Source of the DNA: Takakia lepidozioides
Taxonomy: Eukaryota; Plantae; Bryophyta
DNA length: 64,000 bases
Direction of reading: 5' to 3'
NCBI GenBank assembly: GCA_030704615.1
Contig: CM060734.1
Location: 13,454,001 to 13,518,000, forward strand
The notes below the pieces were generated by a model. The model made no database searches. It was not told the origin of the DNA and saw only the letters and a program-made list of their open reading frames with translations. The position numbers and the translations under genes are program-made. Shown here piece after piece: positions 62,371 to 64,000 of this stretch. Within the stretch, counting starts at the first letter, position 1. Each line of letters begins with the position of its first letter.

Positions 62371-64000
62371 GTGCAGTCGCCGTCAAAATTTAATGGAAAT
62401 GGGCATCTCTTCTGGCCTCCCTGACATGACAACGACATTGGCGGCTCTGTCAGTGAATCTGTCAGCTAATTGCACTGGTGGGGCAATTCTGAGAGAACAA
62501 TTGTGTATGAGGACGCCAAAACTCCACTCTCACACAACCTGCATTCAGAAGCACCATCGGACTTTGAACTGTACTTTCTGTAGCAACATCGACATATGGC
62601 TTCCCAGGCTGTGGGGCTCCCTTGACGCGGACTTCTTCAGTGACGACCACCCTGTTCCATTTTCTTACGAGGTGGAAGATGATGGTTTTGCGGTGGTTCA
62701 TGAACTCGTCCTCGCAACGCAGTTTCGGTTGGAAAATGGTAGTCTATTCCTTCAGAGGGAAGTGTACGATGCCAATGGAAAACTGCTCAAGTACGCATTC
62801 CAGAAACCATCGCAAACTGCACCAACCACGCAATGGAGAGTGCCTCCAGGCAGATACAGGGTGCTCAGTGCTCCTCTGAGACAGTCTGCAGGATCGTTCG
62901 TAACTCCTGGCACGGCAGCATCAGTGGCCCAGGAGAAGACACCAGTGGTTGTGAAGAAGGAGGCGACTGCCGTTAACACTGTAGTTGACCTTTCGGACTC
63001 ATCCTCCGATGACACATGTGCAATCCGCCTGTGGATCAGCCATGTCCACATGTAGAACCAGATGTGGAGGAGATCTCCAGTGTCATTCCTAAATTGAAAG
63101 CGATGGGTGGGATGGCAGGATTCAAGAGTGAGTTGAGGGGGATAGACTGGAGCACTTTCAATATTGAAAGGGTGGCATTCTTGCCGGAATCGTTTGATGG
63201 TAATACTGTTTTTGAGCTGCCTCCTCCTGGTCGCGTGGGGGGGATTTCCAGTCTCCTGGAAGGAATGGACAAAAAGCACGATGGGCACCCTTGGTGCCGC
63301 ACAAAACATCCAATATTCACAACAACGACAACCTCATATTCAGGCGAACAGTCTGTAATGGGCACCTGAAATGCGAGAACATGAAATGCAGACACTTCGC
63401 ATTGTCAGGTGTGCAAAACCAAAGCGAATGGGATGGAGTCAGTGAGAATCCATTCAAGCCTGGGGTAACACCACCATACAGTAACACTTTTGTGTGCAAG
63501 TTCTGTAGGGTACCACCTTGCTGCCTTGCTTTGTGTGGCGCCAGAATGTTATGTGGTGCATCGATTCAAAAACCTGACTAGAGCCTGTGTCCATTTCGGT
63601 TTTCACAACCACCCTGTGTCCAAGGGGGATTATAGGGAGAGCGTTGACGCAGTCTCTCGTCTGATAAGGCAAGAGTTGGATACCAATCCAACTGGCACCA
63701 CATCTGCAATTGCCATGGGGCGCGAGCAAGTCCTTTCTGGAAAGCCGTATTCTGTGTGCATCAAATTCGGTTGGAGGAATGCTGGAAGGACCAGCTTTGG
63801 ACACTGTTATGGACCATTTCTCTGCTTTGACTTCTCCAAACATTAGGAATCAGGTGAACGCTTTAAGAATGGGCTCTGGGAGCCGAGGTTATATGGACAA
63901 TATTATGGATTGAAGAAAAGGAGCATGTACGACTACATCCAAGACAGCGTTTTCCCGGGACAAGGAGCCAGGAAAGTGTTCTTGTTCAAATGTCCACAAA
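62371..64000 (+). CDS. Transposase-like protein N-terminus with a GCM/WRKY-superfamily zinc-binding domain (frameshifted, runs off the window)
   Basis: Joined frames read DGHPWCRTKTSNIHN...RRTVCNGHLKCENMKC...CKFCRVPPCCLALC...HFGFHNHP (GCM-like Cys/His spacing), then ...YIQDSVFPGQGARKVFLFK; no catalytic core inside the window. Confidence 0.6.

Larger units (their letters stand above)
55501..64000. mobile_element. Large putative DNA transposon (Mutator-like?) carrying a ParB-methyltransferase gene and a GCM-finger transposase-like gene; extends beyond the window
   Basis: Interrupts the gypsy integrase at a G-rich start (GGGAATGCTTGCGC), followed by subterminal repeats (GTGAGCCTGGC x2, CCGTGCT x4); two divergent genes inside; a diverged homolog lies elsewhere in the window. 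Confidence 0.65.

Overview
Nuclear DNA of a land plant, probably non-seed or bryophyte-like (inferred from the intron-containing PsaK and the TE lineages). About 1-22 kb is a gene island with three clean spliced genes: a TM9SF/EMP70 membrane protein (-), photosystem I subunit PsaK (-), and a 13-exon HNH-endonuclease/TRF-like Myb/coiled-coil gene (+). About 22-64 kb is a nest of transposable elements: LINE remnants, several Ty3/gypsy elements and a CACTA transposase with internal inversions. The most notable feature is a large putative DNA transposon (55.5 kb to beyond 64 kb). It pairs a GCM/WRKY-type zinc-finger, transposase-like ORF (+) divergently with an intron-containing gene (-) that fuses a ParB-like domain to a prokaryote-type beta-class N4C/N6A DNA methyltransferase fold. 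Two introns of that gene carry arrays of ~26-bp palindromes with core CGTTGACG. A second, diverged member of the family (30.6-31.5 and 36.5-38.4 kb) has its own palindrome array in the homologous intron, with the same core but different arms. All calls are by eye; no database searches were run.
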